In this document: positions 22,960-32,127 of the stretch, in pieces | Layout of the letters: each line of letters opens with the position of its first letter | How positions within the stretch are numbered: position 1 is the stretch's first letter | Source: Pirellulales bacterium | Lineage (GTDB): Bacteria; Planctomycetota; Planctomycetia; Pirellulales; PALSA-1355 | Direction: 5' to 3' | Length of the DNA: 64,000 nt | Assembly (NCBI GenBank): GCA_963733035.1 | Contig: CAVTBU010000007.1 | Coordinates: 288,001-352,000 of the forward strand | The notes under the pieces: generated by a model | What the model was told of the DNA's origin: nothing | Database searches by the model: none | The model's input: the letters and a program-made list of their open reading frames with translations, nothing else | Position numbers and translations under genes: made by a program

Positions 22960-23843
22960 GGCACCGCGGCGCCGACCGTACTTTCAACCGCCGTGGTGCC
23001 GCCGGCATACCACTGCGAGGCAATTCGCATCTTTTGCCAGGGACTGAGCTGCACGCGGCGCGACAGTACGTCGCCGTCGAGCCGTTTTATTTCGGCCAGC
23101 AGTGCGCGATAGACGGCCGTCATGCTGCCGAGTATCCGCTGGCCATCGGTCGAGAGGTGCGAAACCAGTTCACTGCCGGCTTCGTACAAGCGTTCGGCCC
23201 GGGCGATCTGAAATTGCATGAGCTGACGAAATCGGTCGTTGCGCACCCCGGCGCGCAATTCGTCGGGTGTATAGTCGAATCGCTGGAAGTCCTCACCAGG
23301 TAGGTAAACCCGACCTTGTTCGGCGTCCTCTTTCAAATCGCGAAGGATGTTCGTGAGTTGGAACGCCAGACCGCAACTTCGCGCGGGCACTTCGGCGGCC
23401 TCGCTCGTACAGCCCCAAATCGGCAAACAGGCCAGGCCAACGGCCGAGGCCACGCGGTGACAATACTCGGCCAGGTCGTCGAACGTTTCATAGCCGACCG
23501 GCTCGAGATCCATTTCCACGCCGTCGATCACGTCCTCCAAATGCCGCAGCGAAATACCGCAATTTCGCACGGTATCGGTCAGCGCCGGCAGCAAGGGATC
23601 GTCGTGGTGGCCGTCCTGCGATCGCAACAACGAACGGCGCCACTGGGCAAGCGCCACCCGCCGGATTTCTATCGGCTCGGAGCTGTCCCCCAAGTCATCC
23701 GTACGGCGCAAATAGGCATAGAGGGCGCACATTGCCATCTGTTGCCGCTTCGGAAGCAGCAGAAACGAATAGTAAAAGCTCGACGCCGAAGCGCGGGCAA
23801 TCTCCTGGCAATGTGCGTAGCTGGCTTCCAGTCCATCGTTCAT
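22956..23843 (-). CDS. hpnD: Presqualene diphosphate synthase
   Basis: SFYYSF, RRTDDLGD, YCHRVASAVG, FQLTNILRDLKED, GRVYLP; overlaps hpnC and hpnE. Confidence 0.9.
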   Translation of the reverse strand: MNDGLEASYAHCQEIARASASSFYYSFLLLPKRQQMAMCALYAYLRRTDDLGDSSEPIEIRRVALAQWRRSLLRSQDGHHDDPLLPALTDTVRNCGISLRHLEDVIDGVEMDLEPVGYETFDDLAEYCHRVASAVGLACLPIWGCTSEAAEVPARSCGLAFQLTNILRDLKEDAEQGRVYLPGEDFQRFDYTPDELRAGVRNDRFRQLMQFQIARAERLYEAGSELVSHLSTDGQRILGSMTAVYRALLAEIKRLDGDVLSRRVQLSPWQKMRIASQWYAGGTTAVESTVGAAVP

Positions 23844-24790
23844 GGGCGAGTTTCCCTGCCGCTCTTACGTCCTGTAAAACTTCGCGTGCGCCACCAGCAT
23901 CCGGCCAGTAGCCGCAGTTGAGCTCCCTTTGACAACGTGGGACGCTCCCGCCAAACGTTGTAATTGATTCTTCGAATTGCTCGAACCATCGCCAGGCCGC
24001 CGGCCGCAAACAGCGCGACGTCGAGCCGTAAATCGCGCGGCATCAACTCCACGAGCGGCATGCCTTGCCGCAAGTAGCGTTCGGCCCGGGCGACTTCCTC
24101 GGCCAATGCCGCGCGAAACGGGGCATTGCACGCGCCGCGGGCAAACATCGCCTCGTCGTATCCGGCTCGCGCCAGTGTTTCGGCCGGCAGATAAACCCGG
24201 TCGTTCCGCCAATCGCGGGCCACGTCCTGGCAAAAGTTCACCAATTGCAGGCCCGTGCAAATCGCGTCGGAAAGTTCTCCTCGCCGCTGGTCATGGCAGC
24301 GACCGAGGTACAAAACCAGTCGGCCCACGGGATTGGCCGAGCGCCGGCAATAATCCAGCACGTCGGCCGGCGTGGCATAGCGCGTCGTTTGCTGATCCTG
24401 ACGAAAGGCGGAGAGAAGTTGCAAAAACGGCTCGCGTGGAATATCGAACTCTCGAATTGTCGGTGCCAGCGCGACAAACACCGGATGCTCGGCTTCGCCG
24501 GCGTAGCAACGCTCGAGCTCCTGCTGCCACCAACCCAACAGTTCCAAGCTGCGTTCGGGATCGCCCGTTTCGTCAGCCAGATCATCAGCCCACCGGCAAT
24601 AAGCATAGACGGCAAAAAAATGCGGAAGCAGCCGGCGAGGCAGCAGCCGGCTGGCCACGGTAAAATTCTCGTAGTGACGGCGAGCCAGTTGACGACAGTA
24701 GGTTGCGGCTTCTTCCGCCGAAAACCGTCGCGAGGCGCAAGATTCAGGCCCGAGTCGGCCGAGCTCGGCGACTACCGAGAACTGCCCCAT
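23840..24790 (-). CDS. hpnC: Hydroxysqualene synthase
   Basis: HYENFTVAS, YCRWADDLADE, YCRRSANPVGRL, LQLVNFCQDV; ATG 24790 follows GGAGG. Confidence 0.92.
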   Translation of the reverse strand: MGQFSVVAELGRLGPESCASRRFSAEEAATYCRQLARRHYENFTVASRLLPRRLLPHFFAVYAYCRWADDLADETGDPERSLELLGWWQQELERCYAGEAEHPVFVALAPTIREFDIPREPFLQLLSAFRQDQQTTRYATPADVLDYCRRSANPVGRLVLYLGRCHDQRRGELSDAICTGLQLVNFCQDVARDWRNDRVYLPAETLARAGYDEAMFARGACNAPFRAALAEEVARAERYLRQGMPLVELMPRDLRLDVALFAAGGLAMVRAIRRINYNVWRERPTLSKGAQLRLLAGCWWRTRSFTGRKSGRETRP

Positions 24791-25002
24791 CAAACAAGCC
24801 TCCATCCGTGATGTAACAGAAATGTTTGCGGTTAAGGCAACAGGGATCCGTCCAGCGTGTCTATTCTCATTTGCAGGCAGGTGCATTATGATGAATCGCT
24901 TACACCTTGCAAAGCCAGACCCGTTGCCGTGATAGCACTTCCGGCAGCCCACGCCCAAGCGACCAAACTTCTTCCCAGGCCCCGACTACGGGCAATTGGC
25001 CC

Positions 25003-25944
25003 ATGAAGATCATCCTCGCCAGCCCACGCGGATTCTGTGCCGGCGTCAATATGGCCATCGAAACTTTGGAGTTGGCCATCAAGATCTTCGGTACGCCCGT
25101 CTACGTTTATCACGAGATCGTCCACAACAAGTATGTGGTCGAACGGTTTCGGGCCAAGGGGGCCGTGTTTGTCGAGGACCTCTCGGAGGTCCCGCTGGGG
25201 GAGACGCTGCTTTACTCGGCACACGGCGTTTCGCCGGAGGTCCGACGGGTTGCAGCCGAGCGCAGATTGAAGACGGTCGACGCCACCTGTCCGCTCGTGA
25301 TCAAAGTTCACTTGGAGGCCGTTCGCTACGCGAAGGAAGGCTATACGATTATCCTCATCGGGCATGAAGGACACGACGAAGTGATCGGCACGATGGGCGA
25401 GGCCCCCGAAGCGATCATCCTGGTCGAGTCGCCGCAGGACGTCGATCGCTTGGAGTTGAAGACGGAGAAGCTCGCATATCTGACGCAAACGACGCTCTCG
25501 GTCGATGATGCCAGTCGGATCATCTGCCGCCTCGAAGAGCGTTTTCCGCATATCGTCGGTCCGCCAAAAGCCGATATTTGCTACGCCACGCAAAACCGCC
25601 AGGAAGCCGTTCGCTTGCTGGCTCGCGAAGCCGACGCCGTGCTGGTGCTCGGAAGTCAGAACAGCTCAAACAGTCAGCGACTTGCCGAATTGGCCACCGA
25701 AACGTCGACGCGCACCTTTCTTATCGATGGCCCACGCGATATCGACCTGGCTTGGTTTCGGCCGGAGGACACCGTGCTGGTAACCGCGGGCGCCAGCGCG
25801 CCAGAAACGGTCGTTGAACAGTGCGTCGAGCTTTTGCAGGCAACGTTTGGCGCCGAGGTCGAGTCGCGATCGATCCGCGAGGAGGAAGTTTACTTCCCGC
25901 TGCCGAAGGAATTCCGGCAGATCGCCGGTGCGGCCAAGGGGTGA
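25003..25944 (+). CDS. ispH: 4-hydroxy-3-methylbut-2-enyl diphosphate reductase
   Basis: PRGFCAGV, HEIVHN, SAHG, DATCPLV, TQTTLS, ICYATQNRQ, NSSNS, TAGASAP. Confidence 0.97.
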   Translation: MKIILASPRGFCAGVNMAIETLELAIKIFGTPVYVYHEIVHNKYVVERFRAKGAVFVEDLSEVPLGETLLYSAHGVSPEVRRVAAERRLKTVDATCPLVIKVHLEAVRYAKEGYTIILIGHEGHDEVIGTMGEAPEAIILVESPQDVDRLELKTEKLAYLTQTTLSVDDASRIICRLEERFPHIVGPPKADICYATQNRQEAVRLLAREADAVLVLGSQNSSNSQRLAELATETSTRTFLIDGPRDIDLAWFRPEDTVLVTAGASAPETVVEQCVELLQATFGAEVESRSIREEEVYFPLPKEFRQIAGAAKG

Positions 25945-26030
25945 AGGAAGCGGACGTCGGACTTCCTTACGCGGCTTTCCAATCGGGGTCCGCTCGCCTG
26001 CCGTGGACCTCAACTCCTTGGGAGCCCGCG

Positions 26031-26471
26031 CTACGTCGAGTGCAGGTAGCTCTTGAGGTAGTGGTTCTCCATCGTCAACCGATCGTGCTGAGTCTTGACC
26101 ACGTCGCCGATGGATATGAGTCCGACCAGGTCACCCATCTCGACGACCGGCAGGTGCCGAATTCGGCGGTTGGTCATGAGGCCCATCGTGTCTTCGATCG
26201 AGTCTTGTGGCGAGCCGACGACGACATTGCGGGTCATGGCGTCGGACACGCGCAACTGATCGAGCGCAGCTTTGTGGCCGGCACAGGCGCGAAGAATGTC
26301 GCGCTCCGTAATGATGCCGACCATCTCTTGCGACATGCTCTTCGAGTCGAACACAACCAGCGAACCACAATTATGGCTCACCAATTTTTGCACCACGTCT
26401 TCGAGCGAGTCGCTCGCGTCGATGGTATGCACGACGGTCCCTTTGGATCGCAGAATCTCTCGGAGGTTCAT
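26031..26471 (-). CDS. Tandem CBS domain protein
   Basis: GIITERDIL, IRHLPVV, GLISIGDVVK. Confidence 0.92.
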   Translation of the reverse strand: MNLREILRSKGTVVHTIDASDSLEDVVQKLVSHNCGSLVVFDSKSMSQEMVGIITERDILRACAGHKAALDQLRVSDAMTRNVVVGSPQDSIEDTMGLMTNRRIRHLPVVEMGDLVGLISIGDVVKTQHDRLTMENHYLKSYLHST

Positions 26472-26788
26472 GATTCGCCTCCCGCCCGGTCGAATGACGT
26501 TTGCGCGGATGTGAAAGGGTGCGCGTCTTCACTGCCAGAACTGCACTCAAAAGCATACTCCGCGGCGGGTCGGCTTGTCAAAAAAATGCGCATCTTTCGA
26601 TTTGGCAATCCTTGACGCCCCAGTGGCTTACCCGCGTCCGCCGGAGACCCCGGCGTGCCAGGGGCGGTAGTTGTGTTCGGCCCCGGGGTTGGGTATTTTT
26701 CAGGTATTCGGCCCGCCGCTTCCTCCCCGCCTGAACGGCCGGCCGGTGCCGATGACCGGCTTCCGTTCCCATCGAGTGAGGAGTTTTC

Positions 26789-27904
26789 ATGAGCACACTG
26801 GACCAGGCCACCAGCCAAGAATTGGAAGCCGCCGTCAAGCGGGCCCGCGACCAACTAGACGCCCAGGCGTACGAAATCGTGCAATGGCACTTCCACCCGT
26901 CGACCGGTTGCCCGTTTTGGTTGGAGAAGGCCAAGTCGCTGAAGTTTGATCCGCTGAAGGACGTGAAGTGCTTTGACGACCTGAAGAAGTTCGACCCGTT
27001 TGAGGACGAATGGCTTCGCGGCGGTCCGGTGCGCCGCTGGGTGCCCAAGGCCTATGCCGACAAGCCGATCTATGTCTTCGAGACGGGCGGCACCACCGGC
27101 GTGCCCAAGAGCCGCATCGCCATCGAAGACTTCCGGGTGGACTACTCGCTGTTCTCCAACACGCTCCCTGACGAATACTTTCCGCACGGGGCGAACTGGT
27201 TGATGTTGGGGCCGTCGGGTCCGCGGCGGCTGCGGTTGGCCGTGGAGCATCTGGCGCAACATCGTGGCGGCATCTGCTTCTGTATTGACTTGGATCCTCG
27301 CTGGGTGATCAAGCTTATCAAAAAGGGCTGGATGGAGCACCTTGAGGAGTACAAGAAACACTGCATCGATCAGGCGATCACGATCCTCGGCGCCGGCCAC
27401 GATATTCGCTGCATGTTCACCACGCCGAAGCTACTCGAATCGCTGGCGCTTGAGCTCGAAAAACGCGGCAGTTCGATTCGCGACGCCGGCATTACCGGCA
27501 TCTTCTCCGGCGGCACCGAGTTCACTCCGCAGTGGACGCGTTTCGCCACCGAAGAGTTCCTGGACGGCGTGTATATGACGCCGACCTACGGCAACACGTT
27601 GATGGGGCTGGCTTGCAGCAAGCCCGTTACGGCCGAGGAGAACTACAAAATCTCCTATTTTGCCCCGCAACCTCGGGCTGTGCTCGAGATCGTCGATTTC
27701 GAAGACCAGAACAAAGTGGTCGACTACGGCCAGACGGGTCGCGTCAAGCTCACGACTTTGACCAAGGAGTTCTTCGTGCCCGGCTTCCTCGAGCGCGACG
27801 AAGGCGAACGAGAACCTCCTTACATTAAATACCCCTGGGACGGCGTGAGCGGCGTCCGTCCGTTCCACGAAACGGCCGAGGCCACCACCGTCGGCGTGTA
27901 TTAG
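26789..27904 (+). CDS. GriC/EhpF-like AMP-forming (ANL-related) protein, adenylating half of an arylcarboxylate reductase
   Basis: WHFHPSTGCPFWL N-terminal motif, FETGGTTGVPK P-loop, IDLDPRWVIK, YGNTL, GRVKLTTLTKEFFVPGFLERD; 371 aa, lacking the ANL C-terminal lid. Confidence 0.75.
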   Translation: MSTLDQATSQELEAAVKRARDQLDAQAYEIVQWHFHPSTGCPFWLEKAKSLKFDPLKDVKCFDDLKKFDPFEDEWLRGGPVRRWVPKAYADKPIYVFETGGTTGVPKSRIAIEDFRVDYSLFSNTLPDEYFPHGANWLMLGPSGPRRLRLAVEHLAQHRGGICFCIDLDPRWVIKLIKKGWMEHLEEYKKHCIDQAITILGAGHDIRCMFTTPKLLESLALELEKRGSSIRDAGITGIFSGGTEFTPQWTRFATEEFLDGVYMTPTYGNTLMGLACSKPVTAEENYKISYFAPQPRAVLEIVDFEDQNKVVDYGQTGRVKLTTLTKEFFVPGFLERDEGEREPPYIKYPWDGVSGVRPFHETAEATTVGVY

Positions 27905-28085
27905 TCAATCACCAAACACAAACTCGTTTAGCCCGAATCCAACGGCGACGGCGTCGAAGCAAACCGACCGCCGTTCGGATATAGCCGCTACTACAACATA
28001 AAAAATCGTTCGGCTGCAAAATGTGCTCACGCCGACGTGAACACGGCAACCGGTCCCGCATTTCGACCCTCGAGGACTTCCTCAC

Positions 28086-29525
28086 GTGCTGAACATTCCG
28101 ATCCTGCGTTGGGGCAAACCCTACGACTCGCTCGAAAGCGACGAAGTCAAACACTTCATCACCGGCGAACCGATTGCCAAAGTCAGCCAGGCAAATGCGG
28201 GACTGCTGCAGCGCGATATGCGCAAGGCGCCCCATGCTCGCGAAGTGCTGCGCGACATCGCGATCGACGACCTGATCGAGCGCGTCAAAAAAGCCGGCGA
28301 GTTGTATCTGAACGCCACGCTTCCGCTCGGCGACGGCACGCAATCGCCTGATGAGTTTGCCCACATGCAGTCCGCTTCGACCGGCCTGCCCGAGCATATG
28401 TGCAAGGCGAACATGCAGAAGAACTTCTTCGTGCTCTCGCACATGGATCAGATGCTCGATGCCCTGACTCGGGGGCTCGACCTGAACATCCTCTCGAACG
28501 GCTATGGCATGGAAAGCCGCGGCGTGGTGGTGAGCTACCAGGCCCAGGCGCCGGCTGTGGGATTGGTGCTGCCTTCCAACTCACCCGGCGTGCACACGCT
28601 CTGGTTGCCGGTCATTCCGATGCAGATCGGCCTGGTCCTCAAGCCCGGCCCGCAAGAGCCCTGGACTCCCTATCGCATGACCGCGGCGTTCACCGAGGCG
28701 GGCATCCCGCCGGAAGCGATCTCGATTTATCCCGGCGGTCCAGACGTGGGAGCGGCCGTGCTGGCCAATTGCGATCGCAGCATGATCTTCGGCGGGACAC
28801 CCACGGTCGAACGCTACAAGGGCAACCCCAAAGTGCAGGCCCACGGTCCCGGCTTCAGCAAGATTCTGCTCGGCGACGACCTGGTCGACGATTGGGAGAA
28901 GTACATCGACCTGATGGCCGACAGTATTTATCTCAACAGCGGTCGTGGTTGCATCAACTGTTCGGGCATCTGGGCTTCGCGCCACACGAAGGAGATCGCC
29001 CAGGCACTGGCCGAGCGGCTCGGGCCGATTCCGGTGTTGCCGCCCGAGGACCCCAAAGCCGGTCTGGCCGCATTCACCATTCCCGGTGCCGCGCCAGCCA
29101 TCTGGTGCCAAATCGAACAGGGTCTCAAGGAGGAGGGCGCGACCGACATGACCAGTCAGTACGGCCCACGGCTGGAAGAAAAAGAACGCTGTGCCTACCT
29201 CCGGCCGACGATCATTCATTGCAAGTCGCCGTCAGTCGCGCTGGCCAAGGCGGAATACATGTATCCGTTTGCCACGGTCGTCGAGTGTCCACAAGACAAG
29301 ATGCTCGAATCGATCGGCCCCACGCTCGTCTGCACGGCCATCACCGAAGACGCGAAATTCCAGCGGCAATTGACCGACGCCACGCATATCGACCGCTTGA
29401 ACATTGGCCCCATTCCGACGATCAAGCTCGATTGGCTGCAGCCCCACGAAGGGAACATCGTGGAGTTCCTGTTCCGCGCTCGGGCCTACCAGTTGCCGCA
29501 GGAACGACTTGCCGCCGCACGGTAA
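28086..29525 (+). CDS. GriD/EhpG-like aldehyde-dehydrogenase-superfamily reductase
   Basis: LPSNSPGVHTLWL, LKPG..EPWTP, HGPGFSK, NSGRGCINCS (catalytic Cys), EYMYPF; paired with the GriC-like gene. Confidence 0.75.
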   Translation: MLNIPILRWGKPYDSLESDEVKHFITGEPIAKVSQANAGLLQRDMRKAPHAREVLRDIAIDDLIERVKKAGELYLNATLPLGDGTQSPDEFAHMQSASTGLPEHMCKANMQKNFFVLSHMDQMLDALTRGLDLNILSNGYGMESRGVVVSYQAQAPAVGLVLPSNSPGVHTLWLPVIPMQIGLVLKPGPQEPWTPYRMTAAFTEAGIPPEAISIYPGGPDVGAAVLANCDRSMIFGGTPTVERYKGNPKVQAHGPGFSKILLGDDLVDDWEKYIDLMADSIYLNSGRGCINCSGIWASRHTKEIAQALAERLGPIPVLPPEDPKAGLAAFTIPGAAPAIWCQIEQGLKEEGATDMTSQYGPRLEEKERCAYLRPTIIHCKSPSVALAKAEYMYPFATVVECPQDKMLESIGPTLVCTAITEDAKFQRQLTDATHIDRLNIGPIPTIKLDWLQPHEGNIVEFLFRARAYQLPQERLAAAR

Positions 29526-29553
29526 GATATAGGTGACATACAACAAACCAAAT

Positions 29554-29624
29554 GCTAGCCCCAAGCGCATGCGAGGAGACGCCACCTTGGACGTTCTCAG
29601 GCCTCGCTTGCACCGTGGGCGAGC
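29554..29624. repeat. Degenerate REP-like palindrome
   Basis: gctagccccaagcgcatgcgagg (29554-29576) pairs with cctcgcttgcaccgtgggcgagc (29602-29624) at 17/23 positions; intergenic. Confidence 0.5.
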
Positions 29625-29714
29625 GCGAGCCACCGACTTTCCGCTCCCAATTGGGATTGTCGTTGGAACCCAACGCCAAAACCTCCCGCCCCGCGAACCC
29701 ACAGCGAAGCGTGC

Positions 29715-30866
29715 ATGATTCCTTTCGACTACCAGCCGCGCACGCGCATCGTCTTCGGACCCGATAAGATCGATTCGCTGGGGTCGCTGGCGGGCGAATT
29801 GGGGGCTCGGCGAGCGCTGGTCGTCAGCGATCCCGGCATTGTGAAAGTCGGGCACACGGCCCGCGGGCTGGAGTCGCTCGCCAAGGCCGGAATCGAGGCT
29901 CAGCTTTTCGACGGGGTCGAAGAAAACCCAACGACCGAGAACGTCGATGCCGGCGCGGCGTTGGCTCGCCGCTACCAGCCGGAATTGATTGTCGGACTCG
30001 GTGGCGGCAGTTCGATGGATTGCGCCAAGGGCATCAATTTCATCTACACGGGCGGTGGGCGGATGCACGACTATTGGGGCGTCGGCAAAGCCACGCGTCC
30101 CATGCTGCCGATGATCGCCGTACCCACGACCGCCGGCACCGGCAGCGAAACGCAGTCGTTCGCGCTGATCTCCGACGCCAAAACACACGTCAAGATGGCC
30201 TGCGGCGACAAAAAAGCCTCGTTCCGAATCGCGCTGCTTGACCCGGCGCTCACCGTTTCGCAGCCCCTGAGCGTAACGGCCCTGACCGGCATCGACGCAA
30301 TCGCGCATGCGCTGGAAACGTACGTGACCAAAGTTCGCAATCCCGTGTCGCTCGCGTTCAGCCGCGAAGCCTGGCTGCTGTTGGGCGAAAACTTTTCCCG
30401 AGTATTGGCCGAACCGGACAACCTGGAGGCCCGCGGCGGCATGCAGCTTGGCGCGTGCTTTGCCGGTCTGGCGATCGAGAATTCCATGCTGGGGGCGACC
30501 CATGCGCTGGCCAATCCGCTTACCTCGCGATACGGCATCGTGCACGGCCGTGCGGTCGGCCTGATGCTGCCGCACGTGATTCGCTTCAATGGCGTCCAGT
30601 TTGGCACTTGGTATCGCGACCTGCTCGAGGGTACCGGCGGCGCGAACGGATTCCCGCAGCCGGAAAGCGGTTTTGCGGGACTGGCCGACTATGTCGCCCG
30701 GTTGGCGCAGGAGGCGGGTTTGCCCGAGCGGCTTTCGCAGTGTGGCGTTGAACATGCCAAACTCGGTGAGATGGCCGCCGAAGCCGCCAAACAGTGGACC
30801 GGCACCTTCAACCCGCGTAGGGTAGGGGAGGCGGAGCTGCTTGCCTTGTACGAAGCGGCCTTTTGA
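29715..30866 (+). CDS. Iron-containing alcohol dehydrogenase
   Basis: GLGGGSSMDCAK, PTTAGTGSE, DAIAHALETY, THALANPL, HGRAVG. Confidence 0.93.
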   Translation: MIPFDYQPRTRIVFGPDKIDSLGSLAGELGARRALVVSDPGIVKVGHTARGLESLAKAGIEAQLFDGVEENPTTENVDAGAALARRYQPELIVGLGGGSSMDCAKGINFIYTGGGRMHDYWGVGKATRPMLPMIAVPTTAGTGSETQSFALISDAKTHVKMACGDKKASFRIALLDPALTVSQPLSVTALTGIDAIAHALETYVTKVRNPVSLAFSREAWLLLGENFSRVLAEPDNLEARGGMQLGACFAGLAIENSMLGATHALANPLTSRYGIVHGRAVGLMLPHVIRFNGVQFGTWYRDLLEGTGGANGFPQPESGFAGLADYVARLAQEAGLPERLSQCGVEHAKLGEMAAEAAKQWTGTFNPRRVGEAELLALYEAAF

Positions 30867-30876
30867 GTTGGGGCCC

Positions 30877-32073
30877 ATGATGAAAACGCAATCCGAAAGC
30901 CAGCGAACGCGAAGTTCCCAGGAAACGCTTTTCCTGGGGATGTGGTGCTGTCTCGTGCTGGGGTGCTGTGCCGTCGTGCCTCGATCGTTGGCGGCCGAGA
31001 ATGCGACGCCCCTTGAAGCGACGGCTCCCAAGGACGCCTGGCCCGTGTTTCGCGGAGACCCGCTGGCGACCGGTGTGGCTTCCAGCATGCTGCCCGACAA
31101 GCTCGAAGTGCTGTGGAAATTTCATAGCAAGGACCACGGCTTCGAGGCGACCGTGGCGATTGACGACGGACTGGTATTCGCCGGCAGTCTCGACGGAGAA
31201 CTCTATGTGCTTTCGCTGGCCGACGGCAAAGAGAAGTGGCGCTACCACACGGAACTCGGTTTCACCGCGCCGGCCGCGGTACATGACGGCCGCGTGTTTG
31301 CCGGCGATAGCGACGGCCGATTTTATTGCTTCGAGGCCGCCACGGGTAAACCGCTCTGGGGCTTTGAAGCCACGGCCGAAATCAACTCGGGAGCGAATTT
31401 CTACAAAGACAAGGTGCTGTTCGGTTCGCAGGATGCCACGCTCTACTGTCTGAACGCGGCGACGGGCGAGAAGGTTTGGACCTATACGATCGGCGATCAG
31501 ATCCGCTGCCAGCCAACGGTGGTCGAGGGCCGCGCGTTTCTGGCCGGCTGCGACGCCAAACTGCACATTGTCGACCTGGACAAAGGTGAGGCACTGGCGA
31601 CGGTCGAGATTGACGGTCCCACCGGTTCGACACCGGCCGCTAGCGCCGACCGCGTTTATTTCGGCACCGAGGGTGCCAGCTTTTTTGCCATCGATTGGCG
31701 CCAGGCCAAGATCGATTGGGTGATGCGGACCGGCAAAAACATGCCGTTGCGCTCGTCAGCGGCCCTCGATGCGGGGGCGGTGATCTTCGGCGGACGTGAT
31801 AAAATGGTTTATGCGCTAAATCCGCAGGATGGCCACGAGCTGTGGACGTTCCGCACGCGTTCGCGGGTTGATTCATCGCCGGTGATCGTTGGCAACCGCG
31901 TGTTCGTGGGAGCCTCCGACGGCCGCTTGTACGCCCTCGATCGCAAGAGCGGCAAGCAAGTGTGGGACTACGAAGCCGGCGGAGATTTCCTGGCCTCGCC
32001 TGCCGTGGCCGAGGGCCGACTGGTGATCGGCAACACCGACGGCACGCTTTATTGCTTTGGTGCGAAAAAGTAG
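30877..32073 (+). CDS. Exported PQQ-like (BamB-type) beta-propeller protein
   Basis: Signal-like N-terminus, WPVFRGD, and about eight DGxLYxLxxxxGKxxW blades; start could be 30940. Confidence 0.88.
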   Translation: MMKTQSESQRTRSSQETLFLGMWCCLVLGCCAVVPRSLAAENATPLEATAPKDAWPVFRGDPLATGVASSMLPDKLEVLWKFHSKDHGFEATVAIDDGLVFAGSLDGELYVLSLADGKEKWRYHTELGFTAPAAVHDGRVFAGDSDGRFYCFEAATGKPLWGFEATAEINSGANFYKDKVLFGSQDATLYCLNAATGEKVWTYTIGDQIRCQPTVVEGRAFLAGCDAKLHIVDLDKGEALATVEIDGPTGSTPAASADRVYFGTEGASFFAIDWRQAKIDWVMRTGKNMPLRSSAALDAGAVIFGGRDKMVYALNPQDGHELWTFRTRSRVDSSPVIVGNRVFVGASDGRLYALDRKSGKQVWDYEAGGDFLASPAVAEGRLVIGNTDGTLYCFGAKK

Positions 32074-32127
32074 CCGTAACCGAGGCGCTTCCGCTTGCGG
32101 GTTCGGTCCGATCAAACGAGGTACAAG

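Noticed and set aside
26789..29525. Phenazine cluster or lux operon
   Set aside because: No phzA/B/D/E/F/G and no luxA/B/D genes in the window.
26789..30866. Planctomycete bacterial microcompartment locus (aldehyde plus alcohol dehydrogenase)
   Set aside because: No shell (BMC-H/P), aldolase, acetate kinase or PduL genes; the ALDH is paired with a GriC-like protein instead.
29232..31100. Long antisense or alternative-frame ORFs (e.g. 29232-31100 minus, 15368-16429 plus, 54181-55362 minus, 62632-63804 minus)
   Set aside because: They shadow well-supported genes in high-GC DNA and have no recognisable motifs.
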